Notes: a model not told the origin generated them from the letters alone. Shown: positions 20,455-30,444, counted from the first letter of the stretch. The stretch is DNA of 64,000 nt from an uncultured delta proteobacterium (GCA_963706575.1 CAVPNL010000006.1:926519-990518), one strand, 5' to 3'. A program made the numbers and translations.

Positions 20455-21846
20455 TTATTCCGCTAAATCGGAATTTAGATTGATTCCGTATTTCTTTATG
20501 CGTTTCCATATGGTCACCCGGCTGACGCCCATCAATCTGGCGGCTTCGGATTGATTGCCGTTCACCTGGCGCAAGGCGTTTAACAGGTGCTCTCTTTCAG
20601 TTTTCCATGAGCCGGCCCGGTTTCTGGGACCTGTAGGGGTCCTTTGAGCGAACCCGTTAACCTTAGGCGGCAGATGCTCTCTGTCGATCCACCCGCCGGG
20701 ACATAGCACAAGGGCATACTCGATGGCGTTGCGAAGTTCACGGACGTTGCCGGGCCAATCATAGGCGAAAAATGTCTCCATCGCTTCTGGGGTAAGTCCC
20801 AGGATGGCCTTGTCTCCTCTATCCCCGTTCTGCTCAATGAAATTCTGAACGATAATAGGAATGTCTTCAGGGCGTTGCGCCAGTGACGGGCAATTCAGCG
20901 GAAATACATTAATACGAAACAATAGATCTTCACGGAACAATTCCCGGGCGACCAGATCGTCTAGATTTTTATTGGTGGCCGAAATGATGCGGACATCAAC
21001 TGAAATCGGTCGATGATCGCCAACGCGTTCGATTTCTTTTTCCTCCAGGACTCGTAAAAGTTTCACCTGGGTCGTGAGCGGAATATCACCGATTTCATCC
21101 AGAAAGATGGTTCCCCCGTGGGCCGCTTCGAAGCGGCCGATGCGTGTTCGATCTGCCCCCGTATAAGCCCCTTTTTCGTGTCCGAAAAGCTCACTTTCCA
21201 GCAGGTTTTCATTTAAAGCAGCACAGTTAACTTTGATAAAGGGTTTGTTGGAGCGCAAGCTGGTTTCGTGAATGGCACGCGCCACCAGTTCTTTGCCGGT
21301 ACCGCTCTGGCCATAAATTAACACCGGCGCTTCAGTTTGGGACACATTTTCGATCAGTTCAAACAGCTGCTGCATGGCAGGCGACTCTCCCAGCATTCCA
21401 TGAAAGCCCTCATCCAGGCGGCAGGATTTCCGTAATGATTCAATTTCCTGTTGCTGTTGAATCAGTTCGGATATATCGGTGAGCGTTTCAACCGATCCGA
21501 TCATTTCCCCATCTGCATCATGCAGCACAGATGCGTTCTTGAGTACGTGAGCCGCCCTTAGATTCTTTTTGGTAATCAGGCATTTTTTGGCTCGCACCTC
21601 ACCTTTCTCAAACAGACTGCACCAGTCTTTGCCCGAACCGCGGCCATAAAGTGTGCAGCCGGTACAATTTAAGATACGGCAATTGCTGCCAATCAGTTCA
21701 TCGGCTGAATATCCGGTCAGCTTCTCCGCAGCCGGGTTGGCGGCCAGAATATTTCCCTGCACATCAATGACCATGAGCCCATCCTGCAGCGTGTCAACGA
21801 TGGTTTTCCAATATTTACCAATATCCACTTTTAAAATCTCCTTCAT
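20455..21846 (-). CDS. PAS-domain sigma54-dependent Fis-family activator
   Basis: [33 protein letters not shown]-terminal HTH. Confidence 0.95.
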   Translation of the reverse strand: MKEILKVDIGKYWKTIVDTLQDGLMVIDVQGNILAANPAAEKLTGYSADELIGSNCRILNCTGCTLYGRGSGKDWCSLFEKGEVRAKKCLITKKNLRAAHVLKNASVLHDADGEMIGSVETLTDISELIQQQQEIESLRKSCRLDEGFHGMLGESPAMQQLFELIENVSQTEAPVLIYGQSGTGKELVARAIHETSLRSNKPFIKVNCAALNENLLESELFGHEKGAYTGADRTRIGRFEAAHGGTIFLDEIGDIPLTTQVKLLRVLEEKEIERVGDHRPISVDVRIISATNKNLDDLVARELFREDLLFRINVFPLNCPSLAQRPEDIPIIVQNFIEQNGDRGDKAILGLTPEAMETFFAYDWPGNVRELRNAIEYALVLCPGGWIDREHLPPKVNGFAQRTPTGPRNRAGSWKTEREHLLNALRQVNGNQSEAARLMGVSRVTIWKRIKKYGINLNSDLAE

Positions 21847-22081
21847 ATTATGTTAATATGTTAACTTAACGAGTGTTAACTTAGCATTAACTGTTAACCT
21901 CTGCAAGGATGAATTTATCCTGTTATTTTGATTTCTTTCCAGTCGAAAAAAGCGCACGATATGGTAAAGGATAATCCATATATCAATTTAAATGGCTGAT
22001 ATTATGGTATATATAATTTTCCCTGAAATTTATTTTTCATTTTAGAGAAAAAGCCGTTTGTATTTTTAAATATTTTCTAAT

Positions 22082-22097
22082 TGGTATAAATATTGCT
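22082..22097 (+). promoter_or_regulatory. Sigma54 -24/-12 promoter of cytochrome b gene
   Basis: TGGTAT-AAATA-TTGCT versus consensus TGGCAC-N5-TTGCW; divergent activator adjacent; repeated TGTTAAC sites at 21851-21899. Confidence 0.65.
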
Positions 22098-22163
22098 CAA
22101 CATGTCTTTGATTCGTATCATTTTTATAAGGATTACGAAATTTCAGCAAAGGAGTTTATATTC

Positions 22164-22832
22164 ATGACTGCCGCAACCAATAATTTAACCAATATTTACC
22201 TGTATACCCGCTATGAGCGATTCTGGCACTGGTTGCAAACCGTGCTGATTGTTTTATTGCTGATTAGCGGTTTTGAGACCAAGGGTCTTTATACCCTTAT
22301 GGGATTTAAAACCGCAGTTGAAGTGCACAACTTCGCGGGAAACACCTGGCTGATTGCATTTTTGTTCTTTGCTTTCTGGATTGCGACCACCGGAGAATGG
22401 CGGCAATATATTCCGACGACCAAAAAAATGGTAAAGGTGGTTCGGTATTATCTTTATGGCATCTTTCGCGGTGAAGCGCACCCGGTGCCCAAGCGCAAAG
22501 ATGCCAAACACAACCCGCTGCAGCGAATCACCTACCTGATTCTGGCGGCCATCCTGCTGCCGGTTCAAATGGTGACCGGGTTGTTGTACTGGGGCTACAA
22601 CTCCTGGCCGCAATGGGGACTGGCGGGTCTGTCGCTCAAAGTGGTGGCGCTGATCCATACGGCTGGCGCCTTTGCCATCTTATCCTTTGTGATCGTTCAT
22701 ATTTATATGATCACTACCGGCCATACCATCCTGGCACATACCCGTGCCATGATTTCCGGCTGGGAAGAAGTTAAACACCCTGAAAACGTCGAGGACTGGG
22801 AGATCAAAACCAAAGCAGCGAAATCGGCTTAA
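22164..22832 (+). CDS. Cytochrome b subunit (thiosulfate reductase PhsC / hydrogenase cyt b-like)
   Basis: YERFWHW, TTGEWRQY.P, KHNPLQR, His heme ligands, four TM segments. Confidence 0.85.
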   Translation: MTAATNNLTNIYLYTRYERFWHWLQTVLIVLLLISGFETKGLYTLMGFKTAVEVHNFAGNTWLIAFLFFAFWIATTGEWRQYIPTTKKMVKVVRYYLYGIFRGEAHPVPKRKDAKHNPLQRITYLILAAILLPVQMVTGLLYWGYNSWPQWGLAGLSLKVVALIHTAGAFAILSFVIVHIYMITTGHTILAHTRAMISGWEEVKHPENVEDWEIKTKAAKSA

Positions 22833-23147
22833 GTTAATGTCAAGGCTTTCACCTCCGGCTCACAACGAAATGATTGCGGGTTAGAAACGAGGACGACGAC
22901 GAGTACGATGCGAGGGAAGGTTGCCTATATTGTAATCGTCCTCGTTCTCGTGCTCGTCCTCGATATTGGCATTTTTGAGCTTCTATTATTACCATGACGT
23001 TGATATTCAATCGTTGAGAATTCGCCCTCCGTCGCACGCTCCACGTCCTATATCGCATCCTCAACCCATCACTTTCAAAATAATTTGAATTTCGCAACAA
23101 TTCAGGGTATAAGTTTTGTATGTTGAATTTTATTCTTGACACCGTAT

Positions 23148-23169
23148 AAAGTTTGTTGTAACTAACTTT
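23148..23169. promoter_or_regulatory. Candidate DtxR-family operator overlapping the feoA promoter
   Basis: Near-palindrome AAAGTTTG-TTGTAA-CTAACTTT just after TTGACA (23136-23141); DtxR-family gene ends the cluster. Confidence 0.55.
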
Positions 23170-23218
23170 TTCGATCTTATTTTAATCACACCACCGATGT
23201 AGGGAGGATTGAATCCGA

Positions 23219-23449
23219 ATGCGAATCAACCTGCGCAATATGCACGATAATCAGGCAGGCACAATTGCCAGCGTTAAAGTGGCGGGCGAGCTGGGGCGGC
23301 GCCTCCGCGATATGGGACTTGTTCCGGGAACCGAAATTAAAATCCAGGGCCGCGCCCCGCTATATGACCCCGTGGCGTTAAGAGTCATGGGGGCGACGCT
23401 GACGCTGCGCAACAATGAAGCCGATTATATCGAAGTGGAGGTCGAATAA
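23219..23449 (+). CDS. feoA: Ferrous iron transport protein A
   Basis: RRLRDMGL.PG; APLYDP; LRNNEA. Confidence 0.95.
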   Translation: MRINLRNMHDNQAGTIASVKVAGELGRRLRDMGLVPGTEIKIQGRAPLYDPVALRVMGATLTLRNNEADYIEVEVE

Positions 23450-23452
23450 CAT

Positions 23453-25680
23453 ATGGCACCAACAGTCGCCTTGGCCGGCAACCCCAATTCCGGCAAAACC
23501 ACCCTTTTTAACGAACTCACCGGGTCGCGGCAGCATGTGGGCAATTATCCCGGCGTGACGGTCGAAAAAAAGAGGGCACTTATGTGCGGATCCATGACGG
23601 CTTCAGGCTGCATATCGTTGATCTTCCCGGCACCTATTCCCTCACGGCCTATTCCCTGGAAGAAGTGGTGACCCGTGATTTTCTGGTCAACCAGAAACCG
23701 GAAGTAGTCATCAACATCGTTGATGCCTCCAACCTGGAACGCAATCTATATCTGGCCATCCAGTTCCTTGAAATGGGTATTCCGATTTGCATCGCCCTCA
23801 ACATGATCGATGTGGCCAAAAAACGGGGGATTAAAGTCAATGCCCAAAAACTTTCATCTCTGCTGGGCGTACCCGTCACCCCAACCGTTGCCCGCTCCGG
23901 CCGGGGCAAAAAGGAACTCATGGACAGCGCCTCTCAGATTGCCCGGGAACCTCATCAATTGACGTCGCTTAAAATTTCTTACGGGGCGGATATCGACCCG
24001 GTGCTTTCTGAAATGGAAAAAGAAATAGCCGACCACCATTTTCTAACCGACACCTATCAGGCGCGCTGGATTGCCTTAAAATACTTAGAAAGCGATGAAC
24101 AGATTATTGGTAAAGGCCAAAAGGTCAATCCGGACCTTTCCAGCCGCCTGAGGGAAATGGTGCGCAAGGTCTCTCACCACCTGCTAAATACCCTGGATAC
24201 CTATCCGGAGGCCATGATTGCCGATCAGCGTTATGGGTATATCAAATCGATTCTGAAGCAAGGGGTCATCCACCACAAATACGACCGCAACCGGCTGTAC
24301 AGCTCGGATCGAATCGACAAAGTGGTGACCAATCGCTTTGTGGGCCCCTTAATCATGTTGGCGGTGATTGCCGGGCTGTATCATTTTACCTTTACTTACA
24401 GTAAATTACCGGTAGGATGGCTGGAAAGTTTTTTTGGCTGGCTGGGGTCAACCCTGTCGACCGTCTTACCGGAGGGCATGCTGAAATCGCTGATCGTATC
24501 GGGAATCATTGATGGTGTCGGCGGCGTCCTGGGTTTTGTGCCCCTCATCATGTTTATGTTTTTCGGCATTGCCATACTGGAGGATTCCGGCTATCTGGCC
24601 CGGGTGGCCTTTATGCTGGACCGCGTATTTCGTATATTTGGTTTGCACGGCAGCTCGGTGATGGCGTTTATTGTATCCGGCGGTATTGCCGGGGGCTGTG
24701 CCGTGCCGGGGGTGATGGCAACCCGCACCCTCAAGTCACCGCGTGAACGCCTGGCCACCCTGTTGACCGTGCCTTTTATGAACTGCGGTGCCAAATTGCC
24801 CGTATTTGCCCTGTTGATTGCGACGTTTTTTGCCAAATATGAGGCGGCCATTATGTTTTTGATTACGCTTGGTGCCTGGGCCGGTGCGCTGCTGGTTGCC
24901 AAGCTGTTGCGCGTCACGGTCATCAAAGGTGCGGCGACTCCCTTTGTGATGGAGCTTCCCCCCTACCGCATGCCGACCTTCAAAGGCCTGGCCATTCACA
25001 CCTGGGAGCGCACCTGGCAATATATCAAAAAAGCCGGGACGGTGATTTTGGGGCTGTCGATCGTACTGTGGGCCATGATGACCTTTCCCGGGCTGCCGGA
25101 TTCGAAGATTCAGGAGTTTGAAACATTGCGCCAGGCGGAAATAAATCTTGTGCCGGCCGGAGTTGCCGCTGAACTGGAAGCTGCCCGGGAAGGTACTGAG
25201 CTCTCCGGACCGGCGAGCAGCCTTAAAGAACGGATCCAACGCATCCATGCAGCCGAGGCTGAAGCCGGATTGCGAAATTCGATCGCCGGTCGTATTGGCG
25301 GCGCATTGGAGACCGTATCGAAATGGGCAGGTTTTGATTGGCGAACGAATATCGCGCTGGTGGGCGGATTTGCCGCCAAGGAAGTGGTGGTTTCAACTCT
25401 GGGTACGGCCTATTCTCTGGGAGAGTTGGATCTTGAAGAAACCGGCTCTTTGTCTGAAACCCTGGCCAGGGACCCAGGCTGGTCACCCTTGGTGGCGGTA
25501 GGTCTGATCGTTTTTACGATGTTCTATTCACCCTGTTTTGTCTCGGTCATCTGTATTTCAAGGGAATCGGGTTCCTGGAAATGGGGCGTGTTTGCCATGG
25601 CATTTAATACCGTGCTGGCCTTTGTTTTAGCGGTGCTCATCTTTCAAATTGGATCCGCCTTCGGAATTTTGGTGAAATAA
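23453..25680 (+). CDS. feoB: Ferrous iron transport protein B, split by a one-base indel at the A run 23565-23571
   Basis: GNPNSGKT and [12 protein letters not shown] in one frame; [13 protein letters not shown] and membrane domain in the -1 frame. Confidence 0.92.
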
Positions 25681-25681
25681 A

Positions 25682-25849
25682 ATGCAAACCCTTATCGTTA
25701 TTTTAATCGTTGCGATTGCAGCGGCGTTTCTGATTCGGAATTTTTTAAAAAAATTTAAACAGGAAGATGCCTGCAGTTGTGGGTGTGCGTCCTGTCCCAC
25801 GGACCCGGCTTCCTGTGAAGAAAATCCGGAAAATTCTCAGCTGCATTAA
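25682..25849 (+). CDS. FeoB-associated Cys-rich membrane protein (55 aa, not in ORF track)
   Basis: MQTLIVILIVAIAAAFLIRNFLKKFKQEDACSCGCASCP..., immediately after feoB. Confidence 0.85.
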   Translation: MQTLIVILIVAIAAAFLIRNFLKKFKQEDACSCGCASCPTDPASCEENPENSQLH

Positions 25850-25992
25850 GATCACCGGAAATACGGAAGTGTTAAATAAACCACAATGACACGAAGATCG
25901 CAAAGAAAGATGCCTTAAAAGTCTTTGTGAACTTTGTGCGTTCTGTTCTTTTTGTGGTGAAAAATATCTTTCAACTTTAAGGGAAAAATAAA

Positions 25993-26535
25993 ATGGGCCG
26001 CAAAGAACCGTTAAGCTCCAATATGGAAGACTATCTTGAAGCCATTTTCCACATTTCTCAAGAAAAACAGGCTGCCAGGGCCAAAGATATTGCCGATCGA
26101 GTGCAGGTAAACAAATCTTCTGTGACCGGTGCCCTGCGTTCGCTTTCCGAGAAAGGACTGGTGAACTATGCACCCTACGATATTATTACCCTGACGACGA
26201 AAGGCAAAAAGTTGGCGGTAGAAATCGTCAGAAGGCATGAAGCCCTTAAAGAATTTTTTATTAAAATCCTGTTAATCGATAAGGATGAGGCTGAAGAAAC
26301 CTCCTGCAAGGTCGAGCACGCGGTCTCAAAAAACATTATCGATCGGCTCATTCATTTTGTGGAGTTTATGGAAATATGCCCCCGCGGTGGGAAAGAATGG
26401 CTAAAAGGGTTTCGACGCCACTGCGAAAATGGTGATACCGCAAACCGTTGCGGTGATTACATAGTGGAATGTCTCGAAGATTTGAAAAAACGGCAACGCC
26501 AAATCGCATCCTCACACAATACCCAGACTCGCTGA
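25993..26535 (+). CDS. DtxR/MntR family metal-dependent regulator
   Basis: MEDYLEAI, SVTGAL..L, RRH, CKVEH. Confidence 0.93.
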   Translation: MGRKEPLSSNMEDYLEAIFHISQEKQAARAKDIADRVQVNKSSVTGALRSLSEKGLVNYAPYDIITLTTKGKKLAVEIVRRHEALKEFFIKILLIDKDEAEETSCKVEHAVSKNIIDRLIHFVEFMEICPRGGKEWLKGFRRHCENGDTANRCGDYIVECLEDLKKRQRQIASSHNTQTR

Positions 26536-26590
26536 ACACACAGGACATATCAAGGGGCAGGTAAAAAGGATATCATCAGGTGGGCCTAGT

Positions 26591-26857
26591 TTATCCGGCA
26601 GGCGGGGTTTTTGGCATATTTTGAATGACTTCTTTTAATTTTTTTGAGAAGTCTTTGGGGACAGGCCTGTTTTCCGCCTGTTTACACAGGTCAACGGTTC
26701 GCTTAAGGGTCTGCAGGCAAACAAAGCAGGGGACGCAATCTTTGATGTGCTTCTCGATGTCTTTGCAGGACACCTCATCCAGTTCATTATCCAGATACTC
26801 GGAAAGTTTTTGAAACAACTCCAGGCAGTGTTTATGATCGTGCTCATCTTTATTCAT
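26591..26857 (-). CDS. Soluble zinc-finger (zf-HC2/ZAS) anti-sigma factor
   Basis: LSEYLDNEL...HIKDCVPC (HxxxCxxC); overlaps the sigma stop codon. Confidence 0.88.
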   Translation of the reverse strand: MNKDEHDHKHCLELFQKLSEYLDNELDEVSCKDIEKHIKDCVPCFVCLQTLKRTVDLCKQAENRPVPKDFSKKLKEVIQNMPKTPPAG

Positions 26858-27467
26858 TTTCAAAATACCCTTTCAATTTGTCCCTCAAAAATAAGCGTGC
26901 CCGGTGTAGCCTGACTTTCACATTCGCATCCGATAAATTCAAAATCTGTGCGGTTTCGGCCGTGCTGAACCCTTCAATGTCTCTTAATACAATCACCAGT
27001 CGGTATTTTTCGGGAAGCGTATAAATGGCTTCGTTGATCTTATCTAAAAGTTCATCGTTTAGCAGCTTATCCAGGGGCATCAGCGCCCATTTGGGAACCT
27101 GATCGGGAACTTCGGCTTCCTCCTGGGGGAAAAACTCATCCAGGGACAATTCCTGTTTCGGGGCGAATTTTGATTTTCGCCGCTTTTTAATGCACGTGCT
27201 GGCGGCCACCCGGTAGAGCCAGTTTTTAAATTTGGTTTCGTAGCGGAAATTCTTTAAATATCGAAAGACATTTAGAAAAGTTTCTTGAACCGTATCTTCG
27301 GCATCGGCCGTATTGCGACACATCCGCAGGCTGAAATTATACAGCTTTTGCTCGTACCGTTTGACAAGGTCCGAATAACGATCGAATTGGCCTGAATTGA
27401 TGGCCTGAATCAGCTCAAAATCTTTATCTTTTATCTTTTTGCGCTTCGCTGGCCTGGGTACTGTCAT
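26850..27467 (-). CDS. ECF sigma-70 factor
   Basis: DAEDTVQETFL, FKNWLYRVA, LPEKYR..IVLRDIEG, NVKVRLHRAR. Confidence 0.95.
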   Translation of the reverse strand: MTVPRPAKRKKIKDKDFELIQAINSGQFDRYSDLVKRYEQKLYNFSLRMCRNTADAEDTVQETFLNVFRYLKNFRYETKFKNWLYRVAASTCIKKRRKSKFAPKQELSLDEFFPQEEAEVPDQVPKWALMPLDKLLNDELLDKINEAIYTLPEKYRLVIVLRDIEGFSTAETAQILNLSDANVKVRLHRARLFLRDKLKGYFENE

Positions 27468-27588
27468 GGTTGCTTGTCACCTGACAAGAATTTTTCAGTC
27501 AGGTCGGAATGCCTAATTTTGGAAGAATATAGGCCTGCAGGAGAATCCAGATACCCGCAATGCCTAACATGATGATAAGCTCTTTCAT
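27424..27588 (-). CDS. Putative 54-aa membrane selenoprotein (U at codon 30; UxxxxC), not in ORF track
   Basis: AAGGAG-N7-ATG; MKELIIMLGIAGIWILLQAYILPKLGIPT-TGA-LKNSCQV...KDKR-TAA; SECIS-like hairpin 10 nt after the TGA. Confidence 0.7.
27473..27488 (-). promoter_or_regulatory. Putative bacterial SECIS hairpin
   Basis: CUUGUC-AGGU-GACAAG; G-containing apical loop resembling the CAGGU of the E. coli fdhF SECIS. Confidence 0.65.
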
Positions 27589-27616
27589 AATCATACTCCT
27601 TGTAATTAATAAGATC

Positions 27617-28093
27617 TCAGCGGGCATTTGTCCACTGTTTTTTAAAAATCAGGCAGTAGGCGGTTACTATCAAGAATGTCATCACCAGTCCCAGATGGGC
27701 TAAATCCAGGAAGATAATAAACCGCGGCCCGAACTGGTTTCCTGCCAGATTTCGGATCACCAGCAATATGCCCGATACCAGAATGCCAGCCAGAATTGCG
27801 CCCCGGACGTAACCGGTGGCGGTCAGGCGAAGGTGTTTTTTTTGCAGAATCAGGTAGTCAATGGCCATGTAGGCCACCAGCGCCAGGATTAAAATTGCGG
27901 CCAGGTAATGAATATAATGGGTCACAAAAAATTGCGCCAGCCAGCCAAGACCGGGGATATCGGCAATGTAGTAGCGTTTAAAAATGGGCATTTGGCCGAA
28001 ACCGGTGAGGGTTAATAAAAAGACTGTTAACAAATAAACATAGCGAACGGTACGGTTGGGTACCTTTGATATAGCGGTTTGTTGCACTTTCAT
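27617..28093 (-). CDS. Four-TM membrane partner of Fe-S protein (cytochrome b-like)
   Basis: TGFGQMPIFKRYYIADIPGLGWL; His residues in TM segments; follows the Fe-S gene. Confidence 0.75.
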   Translation of the reverse strand: MKVQQTAISKVPNRTVRYVYLLTVFLLTLTGFGQMPIFKRYYIADIPGLGWLAQFFVTHYIHYLAAILILALVAYMAIDYLILQKKHLRLTATGYVRGAILAGILVSGILLVIRNLAGNQFGPRFIIFLDLAHLGLVMTFLIVTAYCLIFKKQWTNAR

Positions 28094-28113
28094 TTCTATA
28101 GGCTCCTTCGTTG

Positions 28114-29076
28114 CTATTCGCTGCTCTTTGTCAGTTTGACAAATTTTCCCACTGCTGCCGCAATTCCGGCCACCGGGGCAAGGATCATTGCAGTCGCCAG
28201 GTTGTTGGCCTGGGCCATGGTGTCTTTTACCGGTTTGAGGTGCGGCTTTCCTTTGCCCTTTTCAATGGCCTTATTCAGCTCTTCAAACGGCACCGGTGAA
28301 ACATAAATGGTATTGGTTCCGCCATTTTCTTTCTCACCGTAAATATAGCCGTTGGTTTCTTTGGCCAGCGCCCGCGCTTTTTGGATGATTTCATCCCGCG
28401 GCCCGATAGTCTGCATATCCTCGGGGCAGGCTTCGATGCAGGCCGGCAATTGGCCGTCTGCGATTTGGTCGTAGCAGCGGTCGCACTTGTACATCACACC
28501 GTTGCCGGCAAAGGACGGCAGAATATCAAGATACAGGCCTGTTCCTGTCTGGCGCTGCGGGATATCCCAGGGGCACACCTTTTTACACTTGGAACCCCCG
28601 AGACAAATATCGGAATCGATCCTGGATATACCATTGTCAAGCTGCCGCGCAGCGCCCCAGGGGCAGAGTTTTACACACGGCGGATTGACACAGTGCATAC
28701 AGCGTCGGGGCATTGTTATTTCCTGTTCTTCACCATTTAAATCAACAGTGGCATGTTGAATAAAAAGCCAGTTGTAGGGGGTTAGACGATCATCAACATC
28801 CTGCTTTTCCGACCAGTCTTCAACCGGCACCCGGTTGGGATACATTTTGGGAAATGGTTTAGGGGGATTGGGGTATTTATGAGCGTTGGTTTCATTACAG
28901 GCTTCCACACAGGCGCCGCAACCGATGCATTTACCGATGTCCAGCAAGGTCGCCAGCTGAGTTTTCCCCTGTGGTGCCGCTGCTGCGGAAGCACCCGGAA
29001 TGCTGCCGGCAGCCAGGCCGGCTGCTGCTGCGATTCCGCTTCTTAAAAATGTTCTTCTTGAAATTTCCTGCCCCAA
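28114..29076 (-). CDS. Tat-exported 4Fe-4S dicluster protein (HybA/FdnH-like)
   Basis: SRRTFL Tat motif; CIGCGACVEAC, CMHCVNPPC...CP, CLGGSKC...CP, KCDRC...PAC...CP. Confidence 0.9.
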   Translation of the reverse strand: MGQEISRRTFLRSGIAAAAGLAAGSIPGASAAAAPQGKTQLATLLDIGKCIGCGACVEACNETNAHKYPNPPKPFPKMYPNRVPVEDWSEKQDVDDRLTPYNWLFIQHATVDLNGEEQEITMPRRCMHCVNPPCVKLCPWGAARQLDNGISRIDSDICLGGSKCKKVCPWDIPQRQTGTGLYLDILPSFAGNGVMYKCDRCYDQIADGQLPACIEACPEDMQTIGPRDEIIQKARALAKETNGYIYGEKENGGTNTIYVSPVPFEELNKAIEKGKGKPHLKPVKDTMAQANNLATAMILAPVAGIAAAVGKFVKLTKSSE

Positions 29077-29376
29077 TTGTGATCTCCTTTCGGGTTAAAA
29101 GCATCCTAAGTACAGCATCGTTTTGAATCGTTTTCCTTAAAGAACCCGGTGTCTCAATTCGGTTACAAATTTCTTCTCATATATGGATATTTTTCTGATG
29201 AATAGGGTCTTTCGCAGGAATTAAAGCCAAGATGCATGCAACATAGCGGTAAAGCGGTCTCGCTTGCATTAAAGCGAACAAGAAGATGATATTTCAATGA
29301 TCGACAGTAAGATTTGATTGACTTGAACACCACCCATTGTGGTATTTGTAATTTGGGCTAAACTAAGAGAATCAAA

Positions 29377-29575
29377 ATGAAACGCGAATTAATCATAGCG
29401 ACGTGTCAATTTCCGGTCAGTGGGGATATTAAAAGGAACGCGTCATACATTCTACGACGGATGGCAGAAGCAAAGGCAAAAGGGGCGGATGTATCTCATT
29501 TTCCTGAAAGCAGCCTCAGCGGATATGCCGGAACTGATTTTAAGCGTTACAAAAGTCAAGATGAGGACTTGTGCC
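29377..29575 (+). pseudogene. Truncated carbon-nitrogen hydrolase (nitrilase-family) 5' fragment
   Basis: IATCQFPVSGDIKRN...GADVSHFPESSLSGY; similarity lost after about 65 aa where the convergent gene begins. Confidence 0.7.
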
Positions 29576-29581
29576 TGGGTT

Positions 29582-30238
29582 CTAATAATCACTGTCATGG
29601 TCGCGATTCGTTGCCGGAAGATCAACCTGAATCAACTTCGTCCCGGAAAAATCACACCGGTAAAACCGGGCGCCTGTCATATTGCATAGGGCAATGGTCG
29701 CCTTGGAAAAATTACAAACTTCCAAATTAGCATCGTCGAATTCCGTGTGCCTGAAAACGGCCTGTTCAAATCGTGCCTCCTTCAAAAGAGCGGATGCAAA
29801 GCTGGCAAAGTGGAAACAGGCCCGGGCAAAATCGGTCCCGGTGCAAACGGACCGCCAGAACCACGTATTGTGCAAACAGGTATTTTTAAAAACGGCTGAT
29901 TCGAGGTTTGCTCCGGAGAAATTGGTGAATTGTAGATGGGCACCCGTTATGTTGGCCCCGGAAATGTTGGCGCCCGCAAGATTGGCCCACTGAAGTCCTG
30001 CGTGCTCCAAGCAGCAACCCCCTAATTCGGCGCCAGTCAGATCGGCAGCACGCAACTGTATCCTGGTCATGTCTGCACCCCGCAAATGGGCTCTTTCAAG
30101 CCTGACTCCCTGAAGATCCAGATCCGATAAATCGATTCCGTTCAATACGGCCCGGTGCCCATGCGCGCCGTGTGATTCCAACCACAGCCGATGGTCCTCG
30201 AAGCATTTTTTCAACTCAAATGGGATGGATTTCGGCAT
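29582..30238 (-). CDS. Pentapeptide repeat protein
   Basis: HRLWLES.G..G.RA.L lead-in then A(D/N)L/F repeats; AAGGAGG RBS before ATG 30238. Confidence 0.88.
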   Translation of the reverse strand: MPKSIPFELKKCFEDHRLWLESHGAHGHRAVLNGIDLSDLDLQGVRLERAHLRGADMTRIQLRAADLTGAELGGCCLEHAGLQWANLAGANISGANITGAHLQFTNFSGANLESAVFKNTCLHNTWFWRSVCTGTDFARACFHFASFASALLKEARFEQAVFRHTEFDDANLEVCNFSKATIALCNMTGARFYRCDFSGTKLIQVDLPATNRDHDSDY

Positions 30239-30286
30239 GCATGAACCTCCTTTCAAAGTTTCGTTGACTATCGTTCTTTGGGATAT

Positions 30287-30313
30287 GACGGATAAACGAA
30301 CAAAAAGGTTACA
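30287..30313 (-). promoter_or_regulatory. ECF-type promoter of pentapeptide gene
   Basis: TGTAACC-N16-CGTC on the minus strand. Confidence 0.65.
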
Positions 30314-30381
30314 CTGTCTGAAGACCCCACGTATTAATAGATTGACAATTTTTCCCTCTAACATATAGATAATTACCTATG

Positions 30382-30408
30382 TGTAACCTTTAGGGCCAAC
30401 CTTCCGTC
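30382..30408 (+). promoter_or_regulatory. ECF-type promoter of the CMD-sigma operon
   Basis: TGTAACC-N16-CGTC, identical core to the divergent copy. Confidence 0.65.
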
Positions 30409-30444
30409 TTACATTCAAATTATTCCTAAAAGGAGGATCATTCT

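Noticed and set aside
30239..30364. N-terminal extension of the pentapeptide ORF in the track
   Set aside because: Overlaps the ECF promoter motif; a strong RBS precedes ATG 30238
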